Of a DNA stretch of 64,000 bases, positions 24,273 through 37,988 are shown one piece after another. Under the pieces are notes generated by a model, which saw only the letters and a list, made by a program, of their open reading frames with translations, was not told the origin of the DNA and searched no databases. Origin of the DNA: Trichosphaerium sp. ATCC 40318 (lineage: Eukaryota; Protista; Tubulinea); contig JALMLS010000329.1 of the NCBI GenBank assembly GCA_038496445.1, positions 1 to 64,000 of the forward strand. The letters run 5' to 3'. The stretch's first letter is position 1; every line of letters begins with the position of its first letter. The position numbers were made by a program, and so were the translations under genes.

Positions 24273-24893
24273 TCTGTTATTTTGTGGGAAAACTAGGAAA
24301 AATCAAATCAATAACGGAAGCGGACCTTTTTTGTGCGATATTGCCTACGGTAATCTACACTAATATAGAGTGTACCTACTGTATTAGCTTTGACGTTTGA
24401 ATACTATCAGAAAAAGCCACAAAAGTGCGCGTCACCTGAAAAGATATTTACTTGCAACTATTGTCTAGAATAATCCTCCGTAAAACAGCACTACCACACA
24501 GTGCGTATACCACATACGTTCACCAATTTGAAAACAATCCATACCTCGGGAGAAAATTGCAATTGTCCGGGTTTGCTCCGAAGTGTTTGTTTTCTAACAT
24601 AACAGAAGTACACCAAATGCAAGCAACCTTCAGAAAAACTGACACAAAGGAGGAGAATGAAGGAAAATAATGTAAAAAGGGACCTAAATTAGAACATACC
24701 AGATGCTCGCGAAACGAACGGATTAAGAGGCCCGCTAGTACTACGAATGAATTTGTAGAAAGACTAACCCAGTTGTTACAAATTGGGCAAAGTAAGAAAA
24801 CTGTGCAACTTATGGTAAGGAAAAAAGGATTGGGTCCGTTTTTAGAACTTGGTACGTTTTATTGGCAGTAGGCACTACAACAGGGGTTGCATT

Positions 24894-26213
24894 CTACTTT
24901 TTGGATTTCTTTGCGATCTTGGCCCATGGATCTACCTTAATTTCTGGGATTTCGAGTTTACCACCGAAGGTAACAGGCAAGTTGTCTTCGTCAATGACCT
25001 GCAATAGCACATCTTTAGGCTTGGAACCTAAGAAATGTACTTTTGCGACTGTCTTTTTATCAAGGAAAACTTGAATTAGTTTCCAGAAAGCACCAAACAT
25101 CCAAGAGTTGTAGGCGAGGAAACAAGCACCCAAACGCTCTGGGAAATAATCTTGCAAAATCTAGTAAAAAAGAAACAGTCAGCACTCAAAATCATGCTGT
25201 AAAAAAAAAGCGTTGAAACAAGCAAAACTCATTGAATCTAACAGTCTCGCATAAGAACAATTTATGTACCTGAGAGAATTTCTTGACAAGTGCGAGGTCG
25301 TTGCTGCTGCTTGTAGAATCCTTAAAGTCTACAATAACGCACATACGCTCAATGCCGTTTTCCATGTGAGGAGGAGCAGTGATTGTCTCCAAGAGCTCAA
25401 CGAACTCTCCTACCATATCATCGAGCATTTCTTCGTTGTTTGCGCGTTGTTTTGGGTTATACTGGCAAATCCTAGGTGACGTCAGGATTAAAAGAAAGAT
25501 CAACAAAAAAAAAAAAAGTAAACAAAACAAAAACTAGCTCGCAGCTCTTGGTAAACAATTCAACGCACCTGCACACCAATACTGGTCTGCCAAATTTGTC
25601 ATTCTTTGGACAAAGGTAGTATGTACCGTAGTCCTTCATCCACGTTTTTGATCCGGTGACGTCGCCGATCTCTGCACGCCATGCCATGTAGTTATCGTAC
25701 ATGAGGATAGTCTTTTTAAGGTCGTAGTCACGGGCGCGACAAAACCTGTGAAGGTCTGTCTCTTCATGTGGCAAATCTTTGTAAGACTCATTCTCTAAGC
25801 GGTCGAATAATTAGACGATGCGAGGACAATTGACAACGCGTAGAATGAGTGAAACAAGCAATAAAACTGCTTTTTTTTTTTAAATGGTGGGTACCTTCTA
25901 AGAGCTTGGCGACATGTTCTTGGAACTGTTTGTAGACCTATGGATGGAATAAGCGATCAAGTAGAGGCAATAGGGCGTAAATTGTAGATTTGGTTACAAC
26001 AACGCCAGAAAAAGGCACGTTTATGTTATCGCCGAGGGTTTTAGGGCGGCTTTGGTTGTTGGGTTACGGGGTTTTTATTTTTGCCTGTCAGGCAACTAAA
26101 AACGCAACACAGAGTTCCGGTTCAAACTGTTATAAGCGTTCACTAACCTGTAGTTGCTTTTCAGTAGGTGGTTCTTGTACAATGTTATACTTTGATGCTT
26201 TACTCTCTGCCAT
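24894..26213 (-). CDS. CRAL-TRIO/Sec14-like lipid-binding protein
   Basis: LHRFCRARDYD, DKFGRPV, IVDFKD, QDYFPERLG, FLDKKTVAKVHF, NLPVTFGG. Confidence 0.92.
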
Positions 26214-26324
26214 TGTTACTTACGTTTATCCGTTTTGTATCTCCCGGTATTCGATACGCGTTGACTTTTGTCTTAGTGTGCTAGGTAGGTCCGAGCAGAT
26301 TTTTGACTGATTTTTTGTTGGAAC

Positions 26325-26690
26325 AGAAGCCTAAATTACCGAGAAGGCTTTAAACTACAGAGTTGGTTGCGATAGGTGGTTGTCACAATATTGGTGCGCG
26401 TAGGTAAAAAACACTGATTTAGTACTCGGGTAATCCGCCTACATTTCGAATCTTACGGTAGTTGTTTTTGGATCCACCTAAGGCGTCAGGTTTCTTACAC
26501 CAACCTGTTGTGACGCGCTTCAAGAGGTGGGAATTGCAGGTTTGTTGAAGGTTTTTGTGGGAACAGTTTGGGGGTAAAGTAAAAACAAACTGGGGAAAGT
26601 GACATACGTGCCAGGAACTTTGTTTTCTTTACTAGTACAATGGGTGTGGTAAAAAGCCAGGTGAGAAATTCGGGTTGAGTGGTTTTTTTT
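26325..26690 (+). ncRNA. Candidate structured non-coding RNA (unassigned)
   Basis: Stems aagcct/aggctt, aactac/gtagtt, gtagg/cctac, and ccacct/aggtgg enclosing gcgtca/tgacgc. Complementary loops attaccgag and ctcgggtaat. Ends in a long T run. Confidence 0.3.
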
Positions 26691-26698
26691 TTTACTTT

Positions 26699-26954
26699 TT
26701 ACGAAGCCATGAGTGCCGATCCGTAGTATGAAAAGGTATTGTATATGCGGTAGGTAGCTAAGTAGCAAAACGTGAGAATGCTCAAATCTATTCAGTACGT
26801 TAAGGAAAATGATTCAATAAGTATGGAAACGTTTTAAAACGCGATGGTGGATACACACAGCAATCTTTTGCGCCGGCCAAAAAAAATAAAACCCTGTAGT
26901 GATCTCAAATTGCCAGAACTTCATCGAAACCCAATCGAGGAATTGTTTAAACAT
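26699..26954 (-). CDS. Serine palmitoyltransferase small subunit-like protein (2 exons, ~63 aa)
   Basis: MFKQFLDWVSMKFWQFEITTGFYFFWPAQKIAV resembles the ssSPT pattern YQY..VTALYMLEPWER. The second exon is hydrophobic and ends at a stop at 26699. Confidence 0.6.
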
Positions 26955-27206
26955 TTTTCTACATAAAATGTTAATCAAAAGCGTATTTGTAACTTTTGAC
27001 AAAGGAGAAAGCGTAAATGCGCTATACTGTCTTGAGTAGTGCTAAAATAGCGTACAAGTTGCGTTGTTTGGCGAAGCGGAAATCGAAAAAAAAAAAACTT
27101 TAAGTATCGTTTGTCCTTTTCTTACCTCTTAAGTTAACGTTGGGGTTTTTTGTAACGTACCCTTTGCATGCAATTGTAAACAATCAAAGTATTGTTACTG
27201 TAGTTC

Positions 27207-28511
27207 ATGTCGCTAAGTGAAATACAAACTTTGGCTGATGGTGGCCCGCCAAAGTTGTCTAAACGCAAAGTTGTTGTACGTTTCCATCTATACCTCACAT
27301 CACACAATCCCGTAATTGCAATATAGATGGTTGGAGACGGCGGAGTCGGAAAATCAGCTATAACCATTAGAGTAAGTAATATTAGGTGGACACACCTATT
27401 GCAGCCTTGCTTTCCTAAAATACCTAGTTTACACAGAGCACTTTTGTAGAGGATTATGACCCGTACGTATTTTCATATTTTTAGGTGTAGGTTGTGCTAT
27501 TCGTTTACTGATCAATGACAGAACAATTGAAAACATGTACAGAAAAGAGATTATATTAGAGGATGTGGCAGAAATGCTAGAGATTCTGGACACAGCAGGT
27601 ACGTTTCTACGCATTTCATAAGCTTCTATGCTGTTTGTGCAACTTTTTTATGTTAAAGCTACTCTTACCTTACTCTACAATAGGCCAAGAAGAGTATAGT
27701 GCGTTACGTGATAAATATGTACGCACAAAGTTTCTATCTAATAGCGATACAACTTATTCTACGCGCTGGCAGCTAGGTCTATTGCCCCTTTAACGTTCAT
27801 TTTTGTACCGCTGCTATTTTGGAAGTTACTTTTTACCAACAAACAAGAGCAGAAAATACTGCTTTTGCACCTCGTTCTAGCGTTAATGTCGGTAGATACG
27901 CGCTGGGGATGGTTTTGCAATAGTTTACTCTGTTATATCAAAAAAATCGTTCGGGAAGCTATTGGAATTACGAGAGATTATAAGTGATGTAATCAACCAT
28001 TTTGTGGCAGTTTCTAACTTATTGTTCCGCAGGCTTTAGATTCTGACGAGTTCCCTCACATCCTCATTGGTAAGCGACTCGACAATTTTTTTAAAGGCTT
28101 TGCGTAAATAGCAAACAACAGCTTTTCCAAAAAATCTTTCCAAACTACGCTACTTTGACACTAGTCATTTGGGATTTAATTGTAGTAATTCTTACCTTTT
28201 AAGGAAACAAATGTGATTTGACAGATGTAAAAGAAGTTACAACAGAGGAAGGGCAACAACTTGCCAAGGAATGGGGTTGTCCCTTTATCGAAGTGTCCGC
28301 TAAAACACCCATGAAGTACGCAAACGCGATTGTCATTCTGTTTTAAATTACGTGCTGACATCTGCTTTTTTTTAGCGTTTCTGAAGTATTCACAAGTTTG
28401 ACAAATGAGATACGACTATTTGAAGAGAAACATGGCGATATTAGACAATTACGTGTTCGTCAAACAAACGCGAAAGGAACAAGCTCTGGTGGGTGTTGCA
28501 TAGTGCTGTAG
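27207..28511 (+). CDS. Ras-family small GTPase
   Basis: GDGGVGKSA, YDPTIE, LDTAGQEEYSA, GNKCD, EVSAK and C-terminal CAAX (GCCIVL). Confidence 0.93.
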
Positions 28512-28959
28512 AACGGTTGACACCTGGCTATTTTTCCGTTTAATGAAATCTGAATTCAAAACAAAAAAAACTAACAAATTCACACCCACATTTGATCAAT
28601 ATTGATCATAAAAATCACGCGCCTAGCACTTTGCGCCACATATAGATTGTAAGAGAAAAAAATGAATATGTCTGTATAACTATGATTATTTTTGTGTTCA
28701 TTTCTTTCAGCGTTCTGTTCCTTCGCCATACTGAGAACAAAAAACACGTATCAATGCTTAGCGAGTTTGTACAATTCCAGTAGTCACGTGGCTAATAAGG
28801 CTCTTTTACCAATATATCAAGTTCCAATCAACCAGATTGCAGCAACTACGCGTGGAGAGTTCCTAATACGCTCAATACATTCTCACAGTAGGACATAGAG
28901 GTATACTGTGCAAGGTAGTAGGAGAAAGAGTACAACAACACTAAACGCATTCATACAGT

Positions 28960-31275
28960 ATGCACCTGACTCAATTGCAATTGCTTGTGGTCTATTGTTT
29001 ATTTCTCCTCCCAAAGTACTCTGCTACGCAAATAAACGCTGCTGGTGGAACGTTTGCAGCTCCTATACTTCGATCGTGGATGGCATCGTTTGAATTATTT
29101 GATAGAAACTTTGCCACACCATTCACTTACGAAGGAACTGGAAGCAGCATAGCGAAGGATAGAATAACGCCAAACAGTGTAGTGTGGGCTGGAAGCGATT
29201 CGGAGCTAACTACTTCCCAGTATGCCCAAAACAGCGGTCTTCAAATGTATCCTATTTTAGGCGGTGCTGTATCGGTTGTGGTACGTAGTATTTGCCATTA
29301 GCTCTTTTTAGCGGAGAATTAAACATACGCGTATGTTGTTTGTATCTATTTTATATTGCATCAAAGCGCTGTCATGTTGTATCATCATGCAGTAAAGAAG
29401 CAAATAGGGAGAAACAAGCAAAAACAGTATTCTCATAAAATAGTTTTCTGTCAATTTTCTAAACTGCAATATTCGGATTCTAATTCCAATTATCTTCACA
29501 GGTTCATATTCCAGATTTGGCTATCAACCAGACAATCGTCATAGAGCGCGACGTACTTGTAGACTTATTTAGTGGAGCAATATCTTTTTGGAATGACACG
29601 CGATTGGTGGCTAAAAACCCACTACTCGCTAATGTATCGCATCAAATTATCCCAATAGTTCGGTCAGATGCCTCCGGAACAACATTCGTTTTCCACTCTG
29701 CACTTATATCGTTTTCACCTCCTCTTGGGGCTATGTACGGACCACCAGATGGTAACTTCCCTTTTATGAACCCGAACATTCAAAGATACGAAGGAAACAG
29801 TGGTGTCATGTCGGGCGTTAACATTGTGCCTTACAGTATTGGGTACGTAAGCTACAATGTCTTCTTAGAACTTGGAATATCAACAGTGTCTGCCGCTAGC
29901 CTTATCAACAAACGAGGAGAAACAGTTTCTTACAATCTTGATAGCGCCCAACGAGCGCTAAATGGGGCTGAATTTCAACCCAACTTCTATTCAAGTGTTG
30001 TCATTGATACTAATGTAACAGGTGTTTATCCTATAGCTACATTCACATACGTAATTATTGACAAGGATTGGAATATGCAATGTCAAAATCAAAGAGATAC
30101 ATTAAGATTTTTCACTTGGTGCCTTACGAGTACAGAAGCTTCTAACACTGCGTCCTCTAGAGGATATATACCACTTCCTGAAAGCGTTGCAATGCGTGTT
30201 ATTGACAAATTGCATTTGGTAGAATGTCAAAAACAACTGCTAGTTGGTAGACGTATACTTGGTATGAAGTTTCCAGCAGGGTCAGTAGTTCTTACAGTTG
30301 TTATCGTTATATTATTAGTTTTTACGATGGGTGTACTTGCCGCTTGGGTATGGAACCCACCCCGCCGACATCAAGTCGTACGTCAAAAATTGTTTTTTAA
30401 TGACACCTAATTTCTTGTTTTTTTACCATTCATTTGTAAACCTAAAACTTGATGTAACACCGAATACAGAGTATTGTATTACTTCCGCTAAATTTATTTA
30501 GTTGGTATACGGATATACACTCATTGCCGGTGTTACCCTTGCTATGATCTCCTCTATACTTTGGCTTCTTGAACCTACTTCTACTGCTATTTGTCAATTA
30601 AGGTTGTGGGTTGGGTGTTTATCCGTTTCTTTATTCCTTGGTTCTACGATAGGACGATCTTCAATTGTTTTGAGAATGCTGTCTGTTTTTGTAAGAAAAA
30701 GTGGATACAGCAAACAAAAACGTGGATTGATCTTATTTTTGATAGTACTTGGAGCAATAGTATCAGTACAACTCGTATTACTATGTGTATGGTCTGTGGT
30801 TGATACTTATGAAAGATCATTTGAGAGCACAGATACACTCTCTCTTGAAGCGAACTACACATGCTCATCTAAGCATATGGTTATCTGGGGTACACTAGAA
30901 CTTGTCTATTTCTTTTGTATTAAACTTTGGGGTGCTTTTGTTGTATACTCAACTTGGTCAGTTAAGAGCCGTGTAGTTTCCTCAAGGTGGCTTTTAATGC
31001 ATCTGTACAATTGTGCATTGATATTGGCGGTGGGTACATTGCTTATATTTATTGTTGGTACTTCAGAGTTTGCTATACACCACACAATAAGTGTATCAAT
31101 ACTTGTGTTGGCACAAAGTGCTATTGTTGCTTTCTTGTTTCCTGATCTTATCTTACCTGCACTTACAAAGGCATATGGTAATACTACAGAGAACAAGCCA
31201 AGTGGAAATGGAGGTATTGAACGCTCTCATTCATGTCACATATCACGACAAGATACATCTACAGAAGAAGAATAA
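28960..31275 (+). CDS. Class C (GABA-B/Grl-like) 7TM receptor with extracellular PstS phosphate-binding domain
   Basis: Three exons (~28960-29280, ~29502-30377, ~30502-31275). Signal peptide, then PstS motifs GGTFAAP, GTGSS, AGSD, RSDASGTT, IGYV and YPIATFTY. Seven hydrophobic helices follow, with the class C-like CQLRLW..LSVSLFLG. Confidence 0.85.
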
Positions 31276-31580
31276 TAAAAACTGTAATACTGTATAAAAT
31301 GTTTCTTTGTTTTACACAACTTTTTAATTCGACAGAAATCAAAGACGAAAACGACGCTTTAGGGAACAGCTCAGCTGTTTTCTATTTCATTAAATAAACC
31401 TGAGTGGATATCTCGAGAGCAAATAAATTCCCATTATAGCTGGTATTGTTCATATTAGGCCATCTGTTACGCTGGGTCGAGTCACGTGTAAGAGTATTGA
31501 GGCCAAATTGCCATCAACTTGGAGTTAAAATAGGTTACATCAAAGGCTATTTATTACAAATTATCAAACCGATAACAGTT

Positions 31581-33386
31581 TCAGAATAACCACATTAAAA
31601 ATATAATCAAAGAATTCATAACGGATAGGATAACAAGACTATAAATCAGCATTTTCCTTTCTTTTTGATGTTCTACTTCGCGTATAGTTAGTGTCTCAAG
31701 CAACTTTGTAATTTTCTCTGATAACTCTGCTTGCAACACATCATTGCCAACACTACTAACTTCTAGTTCGATTGAATCTGAGCTCCTGGGCGTGGTCTTC
31801 TAGATGATAACGCAATTAATCACAACTGACAATAAGAGTAGAAAAACGTACCAAAGTGCCTCGTGGAGAGTCACTCCTTTTACTCACGCTAGGTGATTTT
31901 GCTGTAACCCATGATCCTTCGCGTTTTTCCTTCGTAATCCGTTTTAAAGGTGCAGTTGATTGTGGTAGAGTAGACTGAAAGCTCTTTGACGCCTTTATAC
32001 TCTCTTCATCGTCACTATCAATATAAAGTTTTTCTACAAGGAAGGAGTAGTCAGCATCAAAGAAAAACTTCTAAAAGTAAAGTCATACCACTATTTTGAA
32101 GACACATTGCGACAGAAAGAGCAAGAGCCGGTGGGTGTTTGTAGTGTGGGGACCTCCTGCGTCGTATACTTTGGTTAATTGACACTGGTGCAGTGGCGCT
32201 CTCTAGTTTGATGATTACTCTCCAATGTTGGTTTGTTTCTATGTTGTTACGTACGTTGTGGTATCTCTGGTGTTTCAAGAACTTGCTTTGCGAATTCGAA
32301 CCATTCTTGATAACTGGCGGTGGTGCTTGAAACTGTTTGTTTTTCTAAAGGAAAAAAATACTGTAAGCAACTTCAGTTTCAACAAAAACAATAAATGTCA
32401 TTTTCTTACGGATTGTGCCTCCCATCACCCAAGGCTTGTCTATAAAGTTAACACCAACCCATATCTGAACAGCACAGCCACCACTATCTTTATTAATTAA
32501 AACATCAACAGTAACAATGATAGACGTGCGTTTCTAGAGCCCAAAATACTATGAACGTTTGTAGTCTGAATGTCTTTCCGTAAGGGACATCAGGTGTCGT
32601 TGAAGAGATGCGTAGAATGATAGAGTTTGAGTTTACATAGAGCTGTTGATGTTCAACAAGCATAGTTGTTTCTGGTAGACCAGGAACTGGAATCTGCAAG
32701 CAAAAAAAATCGTTAACATTCTATGTGATGACTGCGCATAAAAACTAAGTTCGTACTGGTGGTTTAGGCACAGAAATACGAGCCGTAACTGCTCTGTACT
32801 CTGACTTACAACTACTTGATGTCGCTCCTTCTTCCAACTCGCTTTTTGGCCTGTTTTGCACTTCACAAACCTACCAGATTAAATCAGAATAAAAGTTTTT
32901 GGTGCAAGACAGTGACTTAAAAACTGCTCCAAAATCGCTTCAAACGCAACCCGTATTGTCAACTAATAATTTAAAAGGGTACTGTACCTTTTTGTCAGCA
33001 AAAATTGCTTGTAGCGATTTAAGTTCGGCGCCTAGTGCACTCCAATCGCGTACATTTACCTTTTAAGCGTTAATACATACAAAAGGAGCAGAAAATAGCA
33101 TCTTCAAGGAGCGAAAAGCTACTGTTTAGTGAACAATCACATAAACGACGCTAAAGGCATAACGTTTTGCAAATTACTCTTTGGTGAAGCCACATACCTC
33201 CTCATCTTCCCTTGATTCGTGAAATTCAGAGAGAAACGAGCTTGCATTCGCAAATAGCTTCTCATTGATGTGTAGAAATGAATGTTCAAGTACTTCGTCT
33301 TTGTCAAAGACCTTCTTCATTTTTACTTTATCATTCCATATAAACTCGCCTAATGGCTTTGACGCGGCTACAGATCTTTTTCTCAT
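31581..33386 (-). CDS. VASt (StART-like) domain protein with C-terminal TM anchor
   Basis: FLSEFHESRED, SSTTPDVPYGKTFRL and a hydrophobic C-terminus. Start uncertain. Confidence 0.8.
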
Positions 33387-34068
33387 TGTTTGGGAGTTGT
33401 TGCTCAACTGCTTGTTCCGTTAAAAATGTACCAAAAAGGCAGAAAATTGCAGAGAATTCGGGTTTTTTGGGTCTCTACAGAACACGAAGTGTTGTTCAAC
33501 AAACAATGTAGAACGCGCTTTCACGAAAACCCAACGATTGCAACCCAATAATCGATCATTAAAACGGCAAAACAAGAATAACTTGCCCATCTCGCAAGGA
33601 GTCCTACAGAGCTGAGAAAATAAGATACTACAGCAACTGTTTAGGAAGAAGCCAAACACAGCCAGTTTGTAAGTTTTATACGCTACCTAATGCTGTATCC
33701 AATACAAAGGTAACTACTAGTGCCCTTTTCTTTTTTTGAATTGTATCTCGCTTTCATCGTACCCAAGTCATATCATTGGGACGAAAAAGGAACTACGTTC
33801 AAGTTTGGCTACTCAACGTGCAAGTTGCAGTGCAACGAAATTACTCCATTCAAAATACAACATTCTCAAATCGACATTTTGACACGTTGGACATGCGACA
33901 GTAGAACCAACACGACCCTTCCAACGAACCTTGTCAAGCTCAGTACATATTTTGAAAATTATTCTTCATAGTACATAATTAACTTAGTCTCTTTTGGTGT
34001 TTCAACACCGTAGTTAACTCGGTGTTTTTTTATTTACAAAGTTATTTCTGAAAACAATGAAAAAAATA

Positions 34069-35688
34069 TTAAGAGTTGAAAATAGCATTTACTGTATCCG
34101 GGTTTTCAGACGCTACCTGAGCAACTGTACTTGCATTTTCAGATACAGCTTTCCCTATGGCTTCTCTATTTTCCCAAGCGGCCTTGGCAATCACATCCTT
34201 ATGCTTTATAGCCTTAAACAAAAGTAAAAAAAAAAAGAAAGAAAAACTACTAAGTTTTTCCACAACGCACTTGTTCTTTGATTACATCCTTGTTATCTAC
34301 AGCCAGTTTGACAAGAGTATCCTTATTTGCAACAGCAGTGTCTTAATCATAAGTGAGTATCAAGTAATATACTTTAGGGAGTACCTATGAGCATCCCTGT
34401 GAGAACTGACTGAGCGCTGGTAGGTTGTTTATCAGCCTTAGCTTCAGCCTTTGCCTTTGCTTTTGCCTCTTTTTTTAGTTGTCTTTTTGTTTTCTTTGTT
34501 TCATTCTCAATTGCAGCAGGTACAACAGTGTCTGGCTCATCGACAGCGATATCCCATTCTAGTACATTTTCTTTTGTTGCACGAATTCTCCACGCTATAG
34601 CAAGAAAGCACTTAGAAAAAGCAAGATAAATAAAACACTTTTTTTTTTGTACCAGTGAAAAACAGGAAGCAATCTGCAACGACTACAGCTACCCATATCA
34701 CACCCATTGCTCCTTGAAACAATGCACGTGCAGCTTAAAAAATATAGTCAATATCAATTTCAAACAAGGAACGTACAGTGCTTATCAGAAAACAAATTGA
34801 TCATCAAAACAAATCCACCTGAAAGTAAAACATTTAGCAATTTTTTTTTTGAATCTTTTGGTACCTGTGCCGCCTCCTGATAAACCCAAAGCAAAGAAAG
34901 CTTCTAAAATGATCTGTCCACATTGTCCAACGTAGAATATAAAAACATACATCTTATTGTGCTTACTGATACATCAAGATGTGAGTTTCTTCCAACAACA
35001 AAAAAAAAAACAGAAATAAAATTTTCAGCAGCACATAGTGTTTCAAGAAGGACGTTAACGTGCTTCATACAAAGCTGTTGATGCTTAAAATGTTTTGAAG
35101 TATGCTACGAACCTAACACCCTAATCGTACGCGTGTTAGAGATAAAAATTGGTCACGTGTGCATGACGTACTTTGTAGAACAAGAAATAAACGACAAAAG
35201 CTAGAGGCGTGAAAAAAATAGAGTAGACAACGGCTAAGCCTACACTACAAAAAAGTTACCAAATAAAATAAGTACCAAATACATAGGAAACTCTTTTTTT
35301 TTTTCCCAAAACAATGCTATTTCGTACTGCTTGAACCAATCGTCAATGACAGGGATAGTTGCGCAGGCAGAAACGATATTTAATACCCAGACTAATATTG
35401 AACCCCACCAACGGTAATACAGACTAAAGGGAGTATAAGAGCGTTGTCATAGCGTAGATTGGCTACAATATAAATAACGGACCGTGTACAAACTGTTTGA
35501 TGTGCTGTAGAGTGTACTTCTCGCGTAATATCGTGGTACAAAAACTTTACAGGGCTAAACGGAGGCCAATTCTTGCCTCCTCTTTCAAGCGCTTCATCCG
35601 CTGCATCAATGGGATCATCTAATACCGCTGAACCCACAGGAACATCTTCAACAGGCACAGGCGCATAAAAGTCTTGAGAATTTGCCAT
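34069..35688 (-). CDS. SCAMP-family secretory carrier membrane protein
   Basis: KNWPPFSPVKFLYHDI motif followed by hydrophobic exons. Confidence 0.85.
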
Positions 35689-36199
35689 AGTGCGCTCACT
35701 CTTTCGGTTTAGAAAACTTTTCAGCCGAAAGTCAAAAAACAGTCAAAGACTTCGCTCACGCGTAGCGATGTTGGTTCAGTGGTTGAGGAAAAAACAAGTT
35801 GTTTTATCATTTTAATGAACATTATATTCTACAATTAGTACTTGATTACGCGGACTTAGTTCGCCGCCTCTTAGCTGGACGCTCAGCAGAGTCATCAGAT
35901 AGCCTGCGCTTTGCGTTCGGACTCTTGGCGGTGTGCTTATCTCTGACAAGTAAATCAATTGGAAATCTGGGACCGAAGCTACGCGTATGTGTTAGTAACC
36001 AAATAAACTAAACCAACGGTGAGCGTACAACATCTCGTCTCCAGTAGCCAAACGCCAAAAAGAGAATCTGCGACCTTTCTCACCAGGCGCTAAAAGTGGT
36101 ATTCTGACCTGTTACGTAGGTTAAGTTAAAACAGCGAACAGACACTTTCGCATCACAAAAAGCGATTTTAATTGTTTTTTTTCTTTGTTGTTTCCCCAT

Positions 36200-37835
36200 T
36201 ACGGGTTCCATAAATTGGGGCCCGCCAGTGGCGTGCCCACGGAGCTTGGATTGTAGTTTTCAACTAGCAATGACTATTAATCTGTAGAGACATCATATTA
36301 TATAGTTACTGCCCCAAGCGCAAAGATAATTTCTGTCGAAAATCAGAATTTCAAAACTCAAAATTCAAAGTAAAAAATTATGGTATTAATTTGATGGCGG
36401 CAAAAACGCTCAAATAAATAACGACCCGTACCCTTGTAGGGAAACAAACAAATGTAAAAAGTCAGGAAAATAGCAAAGCGAAAGCAAAAGTCGCTAAATA
36501 AACAAAACTTGGCTAAAACCGCACCTTTGCTGGCGCCGATGGCTGTGTAGCCTCAATAGGCAGTGTTTTTTGTTCTGTTAGGATATCTCCACCTACGCAT
36601 AAGAGCTGAACGTCTTGTGGCCAAGGACTCAACCCAGAATTTTTGATCAACAAAGAAACGGTGCCACGCTCGTTAGGTTCCAAGGCGATATCGTAGCGCT
36701 TTTTTTCAAACACAACAGGTTTTCGTTTACGAACCAACTCCGCGCTTAGTTGTTGCTCCTACGTTAATCAGATACGCGTAGATTATGCCTACATAGGCTG
36801 TATAGTAAACAAGCGTGCCTGCATCTGATTTGTATTGAGCTGTTGAGGCATAGGTTGGGCAAAAGTATCAGCCTGTGATCTGTAGTTAGGTACTGATATT
36901 TCCATAGATGTGCGAGGAGATTCTGGAGGGGCTGAGCCGGGCTTTGTCATCATGAATTGTGGCATATTTGGTGCTGTATGCAAGTATGAATTATCAAGCT
37001 ATGAGCACCTCTCAGTTAACAACAAGCACAACTGTGAAAAAAAAAGAAATGAGACATTCGCTCGGCGTACATTTGGGTATATACCAGGCTTTTGTTGTGG
37101 TGGCATGCTTTGTAATGGTTGTGGATAGTGAGCTGATGATTGCGGAGGCATGCTCTGAAGTTGAGGATGGCGAGTTGGTGGTTGCGGAGGCTGTAGTGCG
37201 TTCTTATTGCCATTCCATAAGTTCGACAAACCTTGAGATAATTTTCGAGCTACCTTAGCACCAAAGTCACGGAGATCTCTAGGTGGAGCAGATCTTACAA
37301 CCTCGTTTGGTGGAGTCTAAGAGTAAAGAAGTTAATTGTCAAGTGTCAGTTTAAAAAACGTACAACAACGTCCATTTCTGTAGACTGGGACGCATTGATT
37401 GAACCTGCAGTTCTATAATGACTGCGTACTGGATCAACCATTCGCAGTTTTAACTTCTTGTTCATGGAGTCTACCATTTGAAAGGCATGTTCCAATTCAA
37501 CGTTGGAGGTCACTAGTGGGAAAGGTAAACATTTTGAAATTCTTGGGCGGTTATGTTAATACGTCAAACGCCACAAAAGCCTATTGAACGTCAGTCGCAC
37601 CAGTGCATAGATCGCCTTCATCGTCTGGATATTTTAATACAGAACCTGGCCTAAACGGACCAAATCTGTCGTTTATGCATTTTATGAGCTCTACCGGACA
37701 CGAGCGTCAGAATTTCTGGGTTACGTATTGGTGTAAACAAAAACGGTACATACCTTCAAATGATGGCTGTTTGTCGAACGGCACCCTGTGCATGTCGTTA
37801 CCACCATTATCAAATTTAACAACAACGCTGGACAT
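36200..37835 (-). CDS. PB1-domain protein with Pro/Gln-rich middle and NBR1 FW-like C-terminal domain
   Basis: MSSVVVKF...LKYPDDEGDL (PB1 OPCA motif) and IKNSGLSPWP..VQLLCVGG. 3' end uncertain. Confidence 0.7.
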
Positions 37836-37988
37836 GATATTTGGGGTATGTGCACAAAAACGAACGCCAATTCTCGGAATAGGTCGTAACGGTAGTTGCT
37901 TAGCCTTGTGTTGTAATTTTTGTGGCAAATGTCACACTCAAATCTGCTGGCGGGAATTTTCCCCGAGAATTCTAATCAAAACAGCTCA

